Shown piece by piece: positions 44,316 through 56,968 of a stretch of 64,000 bases of DNA. Both the position numbers and the translations under genes were made by a program. Each line of letters starts with the position of its first letter. Positions within the stretch are counted from its first letter, which is position 1. The notes beneath the pieces are model-generated. The model searched no databases. It saw nothing but the letters and a program-made list of their open reading frames with translations, and was not told where the DNA came from. The stretch is from Cystobasidiomycetes sp. EMM_F5 (lineage: Eukaryota), in assembly GCA_051047955.1 (NCBI GenBank), contig JBPGPT010000009.1, positions 434,001 through 498,000 on the forward strand, in the 5' to 3' direction.

Positions 44316-45133
44316 GGCTGCAGGACTGCAGACGCGACACCCGGTCACACCAGCAGAGGTATACCGAGCGTATTTGCAGCGTCAACAGCCAATTTCAACA
44401 GTCAATTAGCCGTCGATAATGCGCCAAGTGCAAGGATTCGGTCCAGTGTCCAGTCGCAGGAGAGTGATTCGAGCGAGTCGCGGGTGCATTACAGCGTAGA
44501 GTATCATAACTTGCAGTCAGCATGCCGTATCTCGCACTGCATACTCGATATCGCTGCCTCGAAGCCAGCTCACCTAAACTAAACTATGACCGCACTCGAG
44601 GGCAGCGCAAGTCTGGGTCACCACGCTCAAAGGCTAGCAGCAGCATGGCAGTGTATGCATAGTCGTCGCATAAGTGCTGGGCAGGTCGCCCATCGCGCGC
44701 GCAAACCCAAGTCAACGCTCAGACTGACGTTGCCGGTACGCGGGTTTCGAATTCGAACTTGAAGATCCGAAAAACAACGAAAAACCTCTAGCTTTCTTTG
44801 CTTGCGCCTACTGACAAGATTGGCTAATTTTTACATCGAAAGCTGATGCTGACGTCTCGTATTCCGCGACATCTTAGCCAGTCTGCGCACTTGGCTGTTC
44901 GGCTCGACGCGTTACGACCAAAGAGGCTCAAAATAGGAGACAGTCGCCTTAGCAGCTGACAGACTTGATCTGCTTGGACTGAACAAGAATGATTGCACTC
45001 GCGTATTAGAATTGCGGCTGCGCTGAGGCCAGTGCAAGAGCATCGCCATTTTGAGGTTGATAGTAACACCCTATGTTACAATTGCTACCTCTGTGCATCC
45101 ATCCCTCTCCACTGACCGCACCTTCACCTTGAC

Positions 45134-46042
45134 ATGTCCGTCCCACCACTTCAGACTGCTCGCAACGAGCTAGTCGTCTTTGTCGCAGCTTACAATATCA
45201 ATTTAGGTTTGGCTAGAGATCGGAACGTCAAACCATTGTCAAAACTGAAAGACAGACTCGGACATGTGGACGCGTGGGACCCTACCACCTTTTATTGGAA
45301 ATGGAAAGGCAGGCTGCCTGTCAATCAGTTCGAACAGCTGAAGACGTCGATGCAAGAACACATAAAGCAGCAGAGTGAAACAGAAGCAAACGAAGTTTTC
45401 GACGTGCTTGTTGAATGGGCGATGCCGTTGCGACTCGAGGATTGCATTGCCCTAAGGGGTATCAATATCCTCCCTGTTCAAAGACTCAGACTGTTGAATC
45501 GGGTCAAGGCTGAAATTTACCCTGTCGTAATGAAGGATGCGATAAACCTGGCAAACGAGGCGTTTTCGACGTATCCGAAAGATTTGGCAAAGAAACGAAG
45601 AGATGGACTTCCGCCCGAGAAGTTACCGAGACTGTATCCAATACTGATGGGCAAGGCCAGCGGTCCGTCACCAGCGTATGATCACGGTATCTACTTCCAA
45701 AGCAAGATCACATTGCCGGCTGGATCCGCACAAAAGGTGTTAAACCACTGCCGGGATTTGTTGAGACAGCGTAGCGACGAAGAGGAGCAAAGCATCAAGA
45801 ATGCTTTCCGAGACACTACACGCGTATGGAACCGCTACACCGCGTCTGGCAGACATCAACGCGCCAACGCCATTGAGGACTTGCAAAAGCAGTACAGGGC
45901 TTCTCTGATGCACGATTACCGACATATTGGTATAAATCTTCAAGCTCCAGCCGGAAAGAGGCTTCTAGCCCACATCGAGACTTCAGTAGCCTCTTTTACT
46001 CGCGAAACTGCCCAACATCAATCGAGACACAAGCTGATCTAG
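45134..46042 (+). CDS. Unknown protein, tandem family copy 1 (302 aa, intronless)
   Basis: Long ORF paralogous to the next two. Shared motifs YW[KR]W[KA]GRL, S.EEEQ.I..AF and G[IL]N. Confidence 0.85.
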   Translation: MSVPPLQTARNELVVFVAAYNINLGLARDRNVKPLSKLKDRLGHVDAWDPTTFYWKWKGRLPVNQFEQLKTSMQEHIKQQSETEANEVFDVLVEWAMPLRLEDCIALRGINILPVQRLRLLNRVKAEIYPVVMKDAINLANEAFSTYPKDLAKKRRDGLPPEKLPRLYPILMGKASGPSPAYDHGIYFQSKITLPAGSAQKVLNHCRDLLRQRSDEEEQSIKNAFRDTTRVWNRYTASGRHQRANAIEDLQKQYRASLMHDYRHIGINLQAPAGKRLLAHIETSVASFTRETAQHQSRHKLI

Positions 46043-46452
46043 GCGGGGAAAGCATCCGCATATGCAACCGAATCTTGCTGATGTACAGCTGTACAGCAGC
46101 ATCCGTCCTGTCCAATCGCCAATCGATAGGACGACGGTCTAATATCACGTCGCGTTCAAATATCCGTTGAACAGCTTATGCCGTCGCTCACCCGACGATC
46201 CCCCCTCGCAACAACTGAAGCCATTGCTGACGAAGTAGCTCTGACACATGACAAGCGCCAACACATTCTCGTTGCGGCTGCGCATTGGCGGTGCAGGCTG
46301 CACTGTACACACCGTAATTCTGTCAGCAGGCGCTCGTCGCCTCCTTTCAGTGAATCACGATGCAGATCTCGGCTTGAACAACACAGATTATCCTCTCTTC
46401 CCACTCCCTGGTGTCAATTTGTTCCTCCTCGTGTTCAACCACAATTACGACG

Positions 46453-47370
46453 ATGTCTGCTCCACAGCCTCAGTCTAGCCTTGAAAAAGCTATACAGGAG
46501 TTAAACATCACCATCATGGTCTACAACGTCAATCTAGAGGCAGCAATAAAACTCCGCGTCAAACCTCTGCCGAAGTTGGCTGACAAAATATACAAGCATA
46601 CTGGAGATTGCAAGACTAACGGTTTCTACTGGAGATGGAAAGGCAGGTTGAGCAGGGATAATTTTGTAACCCTGCAAGACTTCATGGCCGACCGATCAAA
46701 ACGTCAGAGCCGGACGGAGAAGCATAATATCCAGCTGGAGCTGATCAATTCGGAGTCTTCCCGGAGCCTAGACGACCGCATTGCGCAACAAGGAGTAAAT
46801 CTCCTTCCCAGCGACAAAGCAGAGCTGATTACATGGGCCAATGTCAACGTCTATCCAGGCCTGTTGGAGGATGAGATTGTTTTGGCCGATGAGGCCTTCG
46901 CATCCTATCAGAAGATTCTAGCCAAAAACCGCCGAGCTGGCATACCGCCCGAGCGGCTACCGACATTGTATTCCAAGCTCATGCGAAAATCGGCGGGACC
47001 TACACCCTCTACACATGGTACCTACTTTCAGAGCAAGACTACGTTGCCGACTGCTCTGCAGGCAAAGTTATACAGCCACTGCCAGCGACTGCTCAAGCGA
47101 TGTAGCGATGACGAGGAGCAAAGCATCAAGAATGCTTTCCAAGACACTACACGCGTATGGAACCGCTACACCGCGTCGGGCAGACATCAACGCGCCAATG
47201 CCATTCAAGACTTGCAAAAGCAGTACAGGGCTTCTCTTATGCACGACTACCAAAACCTTGGCATCAATCTTCAAGCTCCGGCCAGGAAGAGGCTTCTGGC
47301 CCTCATTGAGACATCGGTAGCCTCTTTTGCTCGCGAATCTAGCCAATCGCAGTCAGGACGTTCTGCCTAA
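46453..47370 (+). CDS. Unknown protein, tandem family copy 2 (~305 aa, intronless)
   Basis: ATG at 46453. Aligns end to end with copy 1, and the C-terminal ~80 aa are nearly identical. Confidence 0.85.
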   Translation: MSAPQPQSSLEKAIQELNITIMVYNVNLEAAIKLRVKPLPKLADKIYKHTGDCKTNGFYWRWKGRLSRDNFVTLQDFMADRSKRQSRTEKHNIQLELINSESSRSLDDRIAQQGVNLLPSDKAELITWANVNVYPGLLEDEIVLADEAFASYQKILAKNRRAGIPPERLPTLYSKLMRKSAGPTPSTHGTYFQSKTTLPTALQAKLYSHCQRLLKRCSDDEEQSIKNAFQDTTRVWNRYTASGRHQRANAIQDLQKQYRASLMHDYQNLGINLQAPARKRLLALIETSVASFARESSQSQSGRSA

Positions 47371-48007
47371 GCATGATCGGCTAATGCCTGTCAAGATGTC
47401 TAAATTTACCAACTAAATACTTCCGTTATTCTGAACAGTCAAGTGCCAAAATAGTACTGCTGAGTATGCCAGCACCTTGCAGGGGTACGAGAACGCCCTT
47501 CACACGGTCCTCGATACGCATGGACCTAACCTTCTCTCTCACGATCGGAAGATGCTCAGCAAAGCTGTCGGAGACCTGGTACAAGTCGCTTGCCAACGAG
47601 ATTAGTGCTGTACTGCAAATCCCGAGCACAAGAACAGGGAGAGGGTGCCTCTGTGGGCTCAAGCCTTGTGGCACCTAGCCTCAATTTCCGGTGCCCACTA
47701 TTTGATGTGGTCAGTTGCCAAGATTGCCAACTCCAGATTGCGACTGACATTCACTTGATTCATGCTTAAAGCTGAATCGCGTATCACAATTGGTCGCTGT
47801 CGCTATTGTGTATTCCGCATCCTTTGGGGGCAAGCATGGCTGTGCCCAGGTGCTGTGTCGGCATACACGGCCTCAGAGATACAGCTTTCCTCTAAACAGC
47901 AGTACTTGGATAGGTCAATACAACCCTTGACTCATCTCGTCGACGCCGACCGGCTGCACAAAGTCTGATCGACTGGTGCTTTCTCGCCCCTAATTTATAA
48001 CCGCATC

Positions 48008-48943
48008 ATGCAGGTGGCGAGAGGTACCACTGATGTCCAGATGAGACCATTGACAAAAGCCCTCGCGGAGCTATTCCAAACTGTCACCGCTTACCACTGT
48101 AAAGTAAGGATTGGCCCGGGCGCCAGCGTCGTATCAAGCTCGCCATCGAGCTTGCACGGTATGCTGTTCAGGAAGACTGGCGACTGCCAGACGAACGGAT
48201 TGTACTGGAAGTGGGCTGGCAGATTACCTAATTATCAGCTCAAATCGCTCGAACAAGCCTGTTTAGAACATGTGCGACAGCGAAGCATGATGGAGCAAAT
48301 AGAAATGCGCAGGATTATCAAGGCTAGGCCCGATACGAGCCTGAACGACCACATTGCGCAATATGGTAGGAATATGCTTCCAGCAGAGAGGAAAGCGCTC
48401 ATCAAGGAATTGCAAATCATCCGAGACCGACTTCTTGCTGCCTTGATAAGCAAGACGAACGAATACTCGATGCAGCTCAGTCAGTCTCGCTTACACGGCG
48501 TGCCACGTGAGCTTCTCCCCAAACTATCCGATATGTTGATTGGACGAGATGGAGCATACTTGAAGTACAAGAGTCAGCTGCCCATCGAATACTCGAAATC
48601 CCTGCTGCATCAGTGTGAAAAGCTGCTTGAAGCCCGCAGCAACGAGGAAGAGCAAACAATTCAAACAGCATTCAGTAATACGGAACGTAATTGCAGGACG
48701 TATCTCAACGCTGCCAGACTTCAAGGTCCATCATCTGCACATTTTCTTGCCAAGCTGGCGGAATACGAACAAGCGCTGTATAAAGATATGGAGTCACACG
48801 GACTGAACATCCTGACCTCAGCTCAGGAGAAATTGCAATCCACCATCGAAGGATTGGTGAACGTGGCTCGGAATCGACCTCTGCCTAGCACTGTGTGGAC
48901 CCGTCCGACAGCACCAGGTACGCGACGTCGTAGCGTAGGTTAG
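48008..48943 (+). CDS. Unknown protein, tandem family copy 3 (311 aa, intronless)
   Basis: KTGDCQTNGLYWKWAGRLP, SLNDHIAQYGRNMLP, LPKL, RSNEEEQTIQTAF and GLNIL match copies 1 and 2. Confidence 0.85.
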   Translation: MQVARGTTDVQMRPLTKALAELFQTVTAYHCKVRIGPGASVVSSSPSSLHGMLFRKTGDCQTNGLYWKWAGRLPNYQLKSLEQACLEHVRQRSMMEQIEMRRIIKARPDTSLNDHIAQYGRNMLPAERKALIKELQIIRDRLLAALISKTNEYSMQLSQSRLHGVPRELLPKLSDMLIGRDGAYLKYKSQLPIEYSKSLLHQCEKLLEARSNEEEQTIQTAFSNTERNCRTYLNAARLQGPSSAHFLAKLAEYEQALYKDMESHGLNILTSAQEKLQSTIEGLVNVARNRPLPSTVWTRPTAPGTRRRSVG

Positions 48944-49084
48944 CGATAACAGCGCTGTGAGTTAGTAGCATATTCTGTAGCTTTTAGACGCTTTTATGCC
49001 ATGTATCGACAAGAGTCGCTTCGTTTTGCTGGTTGCCAATTCGATTGCTCGCATGGATATTGGCTGTCTCATCTTCAATCAAAC

Positions 49085-50251
49085 ATGAGCTCACGAGGCA
49101 GTTTTCGAGGCGCAGGGACGTCATCCAGAGGCGGCGGCTTCAGCAGTCGCGGTGGGGCTGGCCGCGGTGGTGGATCATTTGGAGGCAGCAGAGGCGGCAG
49201 CAGTAGAGGCGGATTCTCGAGCAGAGGCGGAGGCAGGGGTGGATTCGGTGGTGGAGGCTACTCGAACGAGCCGCCGTCAGAAGTCTTTGGTGCGTCGCGA
49301 CAGCTGCAGTATTGTCTATGCGTTGACTGCTGAAGAGCCAACCTCTTCATACCAATTTTTCGATCTTTTCGAATACAATATCCTCCTTGACGACATGGCT
49401 GGCAATACCGCTGCAATGATGGCGCACGACGCTCTCTACCGCTATCACCCGAATAATGAACAGAAATGGGGTCTTTCCTCCACGCCTGCGAAGGCGAAAT
49501 GGTGTGCTCGTCGACAAATCCTACAAAGGTGTGTGACCGCTTGTTCGGCGAGATCTCAATGAGCAAGACTGACACAACGTATTTCTACCTGCGTATGGTT
49601 GTATCTTACCTCTTCTTGTCGCTTCCGCAATGCCCTGGCTAAAGGTCCCCTACTTCAATGCACCAATCTATCTCCAAAATAAGTCTACGATTGGCAGAGT
49701 GGACGAGATCCTAGGTCCTATAAATCAAGTATACTTTACCATCAAGCCTTCCGAGGGCATACAAGCAACATCGTTCGAAAAGGGCGCAAAGGTCTACATT
49801 GGGGGAGATAAATTACTGCCGCTAGAGCGGTTCTTACCGAAACCAAAGCCCCCTCCTGGCACCAAAGGTTTGTACTCTGTTCGAGACTTTACCTTCACGT
49901 ATTCTCTGACCTCATATCCGTCTATGTAGTCGCCAAGCGTGGTCGAGGAAGAGGTGCGCCCAGAGGAGGTGCAGGTCGTGGTGCACCTCGTGGCGGGCGA
50001 GGAGCGCCTAGAGGAAGGGTGAGAAACATTGTTCACCGTGCAGTTGTTCTCCGCTAAATTCCCGTTCGTCATTACCATCATCGTTCCACTGACGTCGCAT
50101 GATTTCGTGGCAGGGTGCACCAAGAGGGCGTGGCGGTTTTGGAGGCGCTCCCAGCAGAGGCGGAGGCTTTGCGAGTCGCGGTGGAGGCTTTTCTCGCGGT
50201 GGCAGCGCGTCCGGTGGTCGAGGGAGGGGTCGAGGTCGGGGAAGCTACTGA
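49085..50251 (+). CDS. GAR1: H/ACA snoRNP subunit Gar1
   Basis: RGG-rich ends flank [15 protein letters not shown] and [14 protein letters not shown]...[19 protein letters not shown]...[13 protein letters not shown]. Confidence 0.97.
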
Positions 50252-50757
50252 TATGGTTCACCTCAGCCGGCTCGTCCTGCGCGATTCCATGCACGCGCAT
50301 AATCTTTGTCTGGCCAGAATCTTGTTGTACTTCTCAAATCGTACTTGGGCGGAGACGTACCCTTCGTTTACGTTGGACGATATTACAATCTGCCGGCCGA
50401 ATTCTGGCAGGATGCCGATGTCAGTCGTGGTCTCGTCAGCCGAGACAGGGTCATCACAACACAGAAAGCAGCTCCTTTGCTCTGTAGTAGTGCTGCAATA
50501 GATTCGGACTGGGTCTTCGGAGCTCCAAAGCTAGACTCACACCAGTCTCATCTTCCCGAATGCGCGGTTTTGCTTCCTGCACCACATCCAATCTCAACAA
50601 TACGTCGACTTCTGCCTCGTTCGACCAAGTCATTGGCTTTGATGTTCTCTATGGCGTACAAAATAGTCTAGCCTAGACTTCGGTACTGCCTGCAGCCTCC
50701 GGTCACGACTCGCTTCGGGCACCGGCCAAAGATCTTGGACGCAAGCACTTCTGCAGA

Positions 50758-53700
50758 ATGAACACGTTTGGCATGCCAGAGCAGGCATATGATATACCGA
50801 CCAATAGCTCATACGCAGCTGATACCGCAAGAGCTTTTGGAGCTGCTTCGGCTGCGAGACCAGCTCCCGATGGCATTCCACCTATTCCCGGATCGCCAGC
50901 GAGCAGTATCGGGACGATGAACGTCAAGAAGAGAAAGAGTTCTGTTGGTGCGCATTTCGGCAAAGGTGCTGTAGCTGGCGCCGCTGGAGCAGACATCACC
51001 GGCACGCCGCGAGACTCGCCCGATGCCGACGACGATGGCAATGCCGGAAGCGATAAAAAACGGACAAAAACTTCAAGAGCTTGTGACGGTTGTCGTACGC
51101 GAAAGATTCGGTGAGTTGAGATAGACTAGTTCTGCTTAGCGATCCTTTCCCCGAGAGAGACCTGGTTTTGCTGAAACATGTCTCTATCCTGCCCAGATGC
51201 GACATACTCCCGGAGACCAGTCCCCCGCTCTGTGTACACTGTAAACATCACAACTTTACATGCACTTGGGTTCTGCCGATAACGGAAACTCGCTTCAAGC
51301 GTAAGCGCGAAGCTGCTGCCGCTGCTGCAGGTACGCCGGCGCCTGCGGACATCGGTACGAGCGCTGCCAATGCAGGGCCAGTATCCGCCCCCCTCCCTCA
51401 GATGCCGCGCTTCACTAATGGGAGCCGGCCAGCACCACTGCCGACGAATATGTACGATGGAAGCCAAGCTGTACCTTCTCCCAGACTTGGCAGCAGCGGC
51501 GGCATGCCATATCCACCGCTTCCGCAGCCATTATACACGCCTTCCTCGGCCACTTCTCTCTTTGATCAGCAGTTATCCCAAAGTGCTCCACTTCCCGCTC
51601 TTCCTTCAGCAATGCCCTCTGCGCATTTGGCTAGTTCCTACAGGAACCTGACCGGCAATGCGCTACATAGCATACTACCTCCGTTGGCATCACTGGCCGA
51701 TATCCAGCACGGTTCAAGCTATCCCCCTCCTTCCGTGACAATCGCGGGAGGATCGAATGGAGTAGATGTGCCAATGGCACGCGCTAATCATAATAAGTAT
51801 CCTTCTATGGATGCCTATAATCTCCCACATCCGCAACAAACAGGTTCGGCCATCAGCAGGAAAGAATCGTCTGATGTAGGCAAGCAGGCATTAGCTTTTT
51901 CTCCTGCTGCCGATGGCAGTGCCGCCACTGTGAATCAAACGAACGGTCCCGCCGAGTCGAGACTGATAGGACCAACGTCTCTGTCACATCTCTTACATTC
52001 GACTTCAACGTTGCCTGTGGAGCATCTGCATGACTTTGACCGAAGACACGCCATATCGTATCAGCTGAAGAGTACAGGCGACGGTTTTCTAAAAGTGGCT
52101 GGTGCCGCGGTTGATCGCGATAAGCAGGGTCTCCCAGTCAACTCTTCTATAAGCAATATAGATGCTCCGCAAAACCTGCCACCGGAACTGGTCGAACAGC
52201 TGGTCAATCAGTATTTTGACGGCCCGGCCAGCCGCTTCCCGGTCATTACGAGGACAGACTTCCTCAGCGCGACAACGTTGAATCCTCTTCTACTCTACAC
52301 TATATGCGGCGTAGCAGCTCTCGCACACCCTCCTGTCGATAGTCCGCTTAGAACGATAAAACAATTAATCGCTCATGCGCTCAAAGACGATGAGATGATG
52401 AATCAGTCATCGCTGCAGACTATTCAAGCTCTCCTAATATATGCGTTCGCTTTTGAACTGGAGCGCGGAACTGCAGCTAGTCGAACATGGTTCTCCCTTG
52501 GACTTGCCGTGCGGATGGCTCAGGACATTGGGCTTCACCGAGAGACCCCTGGAACATCACTTTACGATTTGGAACAACGTCGGCGGATATGGGCTTGCTG
52601 CGTCATTGCTGATCGATGGGTATCTGCAAGGTGCGTTACGCTGTCCTTTGCGCGGCCCTTGAAATTCTTTCTCACGCTGTCATTTGTGTTTAGCTACGGT
52701 TTACCAATGATCATTGATCTAGCCGATTGCGATCGTCTCTACCCCAGTATTCATGAGCACTACCCTGGAGAAGACGCTGACAAGGTTGACATGTCGTACA
52801 AACCGTACATCGTCACACACTGGATGCTCAGCCTCTCCACCATCCTTGGCCGGGTGATCAAGCTGCTATATTCGGCCAGTGAGTCGCAAAGGTGATCAGG
52901 TGATCGATGTGAATGCTGAATCTAGTATCGTAGCCGGCATTCTCAATGTCAGTGACAGTGACCTGGAGGCAGTACAATCATCTCTCTCCGAGTATGTCGC
53001 GGTGCAATACCAGCGCAAAGACGGTACTGACTGTTTATTGCAGCTGGCATCGCGCCCTGCCGGACCAACTACAATTTACCGGTCCTGGATCGTCTGTCGA
53101 TGCTGGTTACCTCCATTTGTGCAGCGTACCGGTCTCATTTCTGCTACGGCGGCCTTTCTTCGGACGAAGCTACGAGCTGCATCGCCACTCTAGCTTCCTG
53201 ATGACTTTCGAGACCTGGCAGGACTTGTATGTCAAGTCGCAAGACTCCATCTACTGGGCACACCGCAATGTGCCGGCTTTACAGCAATACTTTCCACCGC
53301 TGTACAGTTTGATCGTCTGTGCTTTGATCCAGGTACGAAGCGCGACACTGTGTTGTCGAGCAGCGCTGACCATCCTGTTTATATCCACATCGCAGTATCA
53401 TACTTTCATTCGCGTCCGAGAAGCAAAGGCCCTGGAAGCTCTTCAAATGGCCATGGAGACATTGAAGAGCCTTGCATCTGACGAGCTGTTCGTAAGATCC
53501 CGCCTTGCGGAGTTGTCCACACTGCTTCATAACACTGCTGTGACCGTCGATAAGTGGACGACCTCCGACCGCGTTGTGAGTAGAATCGCTCCGTAAATCA
53601 GGGTGTTCCAGCTGACACCATAGTCGTAGCTGCATCGTGGTATCAATCCCACGCCCGGCTCAAGGCTCATTTATAGAGGTCAGAAATTCACTGAACAAGA

Positions 53701-54055
53701 TCGCAAGCCATTACGACCGCCAAAGACAGCCCCGGGCGATACGGGCGGTAGCGTATCTCACGATGGTGATACACCTGTATCTGCAAGTGCCCGCTCAGAT
53801 GGGGCACCCCAGCCTGAAATGGCAATGCCAAATAACAGTCTGGCCGCCTACACAAACGGCATAAGAAGCATCACCGACATCCCATCTCAAGCTTGTTTCG
53901 AAGCCACAGGCTTCATGAATACGAATGGTCCTGCCAACCTCGATTTCTTAGGGCCTTACGAAGGACCGTACGATGCCATCAATTTTCCCGAAGGCCTGCT
54001 TGATTTTGGCGCTTGGGCCAATTTCTTCAACTCCAGCAATCCCGCTCAGCAGTAG
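50758..54055 (+). CDS. Zn(II)2Cys6 transcription factor with Fungal_trans domain
   Basis: RACDGCRTRKIR|CDILPETSPPLCVHCKHHNFTC, plus LAVRMAQDIGLHRE and EQRRRIWACCVIADRW. Confidence 0.93.
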
Positions 54056-54179
54056 GCAGGAGCTGCAGTGCTCTCTTCCCTCATGTACCAGCTATTTCAT
54101 GGCTCACTCCCCCGCTTGCATATGCATTGTAGTAAACAACAACAATATTCCAGCATGTGCACTTTCATATCCGGATGGT

Positions 54180-55231
54180 TCATAGCGTGGGAATAAACTT
54201 GGCTGCGTCCATAGCTTGCTGAGTTCCCGAGTCTTTGAACTGAGAAGGCAGTTTCAGACAGGAGGGTCGCATAAAGCTGAAAGTGCATATTCCTACCGTT
54301 GCCAACCCTGCCACGATTGCGGCAGCAAAGAAGAGGAAGGCGACAATCAGCCATAGACATCCCCACATCCGCGCTGACCCCCCAAAGTGTTTAGCAAATT
54401 GAGACGCGTCTGACTCGTTCACTTTTCGTAGGATGAGGTCTGATGCGACGTCAATAACTGCGCTGTTTACTAATATGAAACACAAGGTACGCACCATCTA
54501 TACAGTCGTATAGAGCGTAAAGGCAACTCATCTCGCCAACGAAGAGTACGTAGAAGCGTAACGGACGCGCGTGGTCGATGAACCAGAAAGCAACGAGCAC
54601 TTATTTGAGTATCAGATGCGTTGTACAGCTGTGGTAATGGAAATGAACTCACAGCCTGCAGCAAACAGAGTACTAAGGATAGTGAACCAGCTTCTTCGCG
54701 CCCACCACAGTGTAAATAGCATGATGACGCCGACGACGATGCTGGCTACCTTGCTTGCGGTTGTGTCAAAGCCCGAGAAGATCAAGAGGGCTCCAATCAA
54801 GCTGGACCCGAGGTATCCAGCGGGTAATGTCCAGCACGTAAGACCACCCTTCATGTGTGTAACGCCACCTTCGTTGGGCTCCACCTCAATACTGAGAATT
54901 CGCGCACCAGTGCACAAACCTGCTGCCTGGTGTCGTTTGGAGCGCGTGAGTTAGATATATCGCATTTACACGCCCAGGCCAGTCCGAGCCAACTCACAGC
55001 GTGGCACCATTCGTGTGTCGTGACAACCCAGATCTTGAAGGGCATCAGTAAATGCTTCAAGCCCCATACGTTCCAGGCTATGCATATAAAGACAAAGTAA
55101 CCCGCCAGGACGCCCAGCGTGATGCGCTGCTCGTCGGACGGCGCCAGTCGTTCGCCAAAGGTTTCTCGCTTGATTAATGATGGCAACTCTGCCAGTACAC
55201 TGGCAGCAGCTGCAGCGCTCAGTGGAGCCAT
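54180..55231 (-). CDS. Peptidase M50B-like membrane protein
   Basis: PFKIWVVTTHEWCHA (HExxH), PNEGGVTHMKGG, LPAGYLGSSLIG, RKVNESDASQFA and several hydrophobic segments. Confidence 0.85.
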
Positions 55232-55434
55232 GGCACAATCTCAAGTCTTGACGCGCTTTTCGAGATGCTGACACTCGTTGACACCTGTCTTTGAGAAGGA
55301 TACGCGTTGGATGACTAAGCCAAGCACGTGAGATTTTCATGTCAAGTCACGCTATGGAAGTTGTGCTTTTGCTTTTCGTCTTTCCCTCTCTGCTCCGCTT
55401 GACTTTGGGTGACTATGCTAGCCGTCAAAGAGCA

Positions 55435-56751
55435 ATGTCCATTGCCGAGGTCCTGCCCCGGAGAAGCAAGTCGGCTTCGCTCGAGCTGAAACCGCGGTCA
55501 GACTTGGTGGTCTTGACGCCCAACATAGGAAGACTTGACGAGCCCCGCCTAGATTCGAGCATTGCTGGTACCGTCCTTCTACATTTACCGAAGGAAGCAA
55601 AAATCAAGACTCTGGTGGTCGAATTGGTATGTGAAAGTCACATGTATCCCTTAAAGATCTCGAAGACTGAGCCGGAAACAAGGTGGGCAAGCAGGATGTC
55701 CTGATACAACGCATTTACCATAGCTACACCGTCTTTAATCAAAGAGTGAACTGTAGCGCCGGCCAGCAAGTCCTACCGGCAGGCGACCACGAGTAGGTGC
55801 CATGAACTTACGGCCTCTACAATGCTCATTCATGACAAACGCAGGTTCGCCTTCGAGATTGTCATTCCGGCGGACTCTGCTCCGTACGACACTTGCGAAT
55901 AGTAGGTTAGTCTTCATGAATTCCTGTGCGCATGGGCTAACCGTTAGGCATCGGGCAGCGGGAAGACTACCTACAGACTTCTGGCTGCTGCCAATGTCGC
56001 GGGCAACATTCTCTCCGCCTCTCGTAAAATCGGTATTCGTAAGCTTGCCTCAACAATGTCCATCATAAAGGTCGTTGACATGTCGGTGCTTCCAGAAACC
56101 AACCATACGGAGAACCGGGATGAGATTCCGTCATTTTCGGCAATCTCCAAGTCCACCAATGAACATCTGGGCGGCATAGGCATCTCATTATCGGCCCAGT
56201 ATCTCCTGGTCGCCGGATACTTGAACTTGACTCTGGACGTCAGGGAAGCCAAATGCGACATACGTCTGGAGGATGTCCGAGTCACGCTTGTACAGTACTG
56301 GGAACTGTCTTCTCTGGAGATTCCAGTCAGGAAGGAGTCACCAGAACCACAATCCTACCTGCTTTGGTCGATGGGTGACATCGGACCGTCCATGATTAGG
56401 AGATCAGGCTCACCGCTGCCTCCTGTGAAGCTATCGAAAGGGCAATCTTTTCATTTGCAAAGACGCTTCGTACTGCCAGAGCATGATACAATTCGTCCTT
56501 CTACATCATCCAGATCCAAAACGGGCCTTCGAGCATCTCACAAGCTCATTGTAAAGCTTCTGTATACGCCTATTCTTGATGGCACAGAGATGGGCAGAAA
56601 GGAAACAACCATGCAAGTCCCGGCACTCCTCAGCGCATGCTGGTGCGTCATGGAAGCACTACAGCTGCCGAGATACGAGAAACATGCTGCGCAGGATGAG
56701 GCTAGGTTGGCTTTCAAGGCCTGTGATGCAAGGGCTCGCTGTCGTAAGTAA
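55435..56751 (+). CDS. Alpha-arrestin-like protein
   Basis: IAGTVLLHLPKEAKIKTLVVEL (arrestin N-type strand pattern), IRPSTS...GLRASHKL and a C-terminal PY-like LPRY. Confidence 0.7.
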
Positions 56752-56968
56752 TTTGTTATGACGCGCTCGTGGAATGAGGCTAAGCATTACTTTTTAGTAT
56801 ACGATTAGTTCTAAGGGACGTACTGTAGTAATCCGATAGCCTGTGCATTCAACTCCTGTATGCTAGCACTTGAGACTCGATCAGCTTCGGGGGCTACGTC
56901 CATTGTATTTTGTGCTCAATCCCGCACCAAACTGCACACAACCTGCATCGTGCTGCAAACGCTGCATC

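Noticed and set aside
44735..44790. GGGTTTCGAATTCGAAC palindrome resembling a tRNA T-loop/B-box or a heat-shock element
   Set aside because: There is no cloverleaf or A-box, and the GAA/TTC spacing does not fit nGAAn repeats.
49290..49463. snoRNA in GAR1 intron 1 (ATGATGG C-like box)
   Set aside because: No downstream D box or recognisable rRNA guide.
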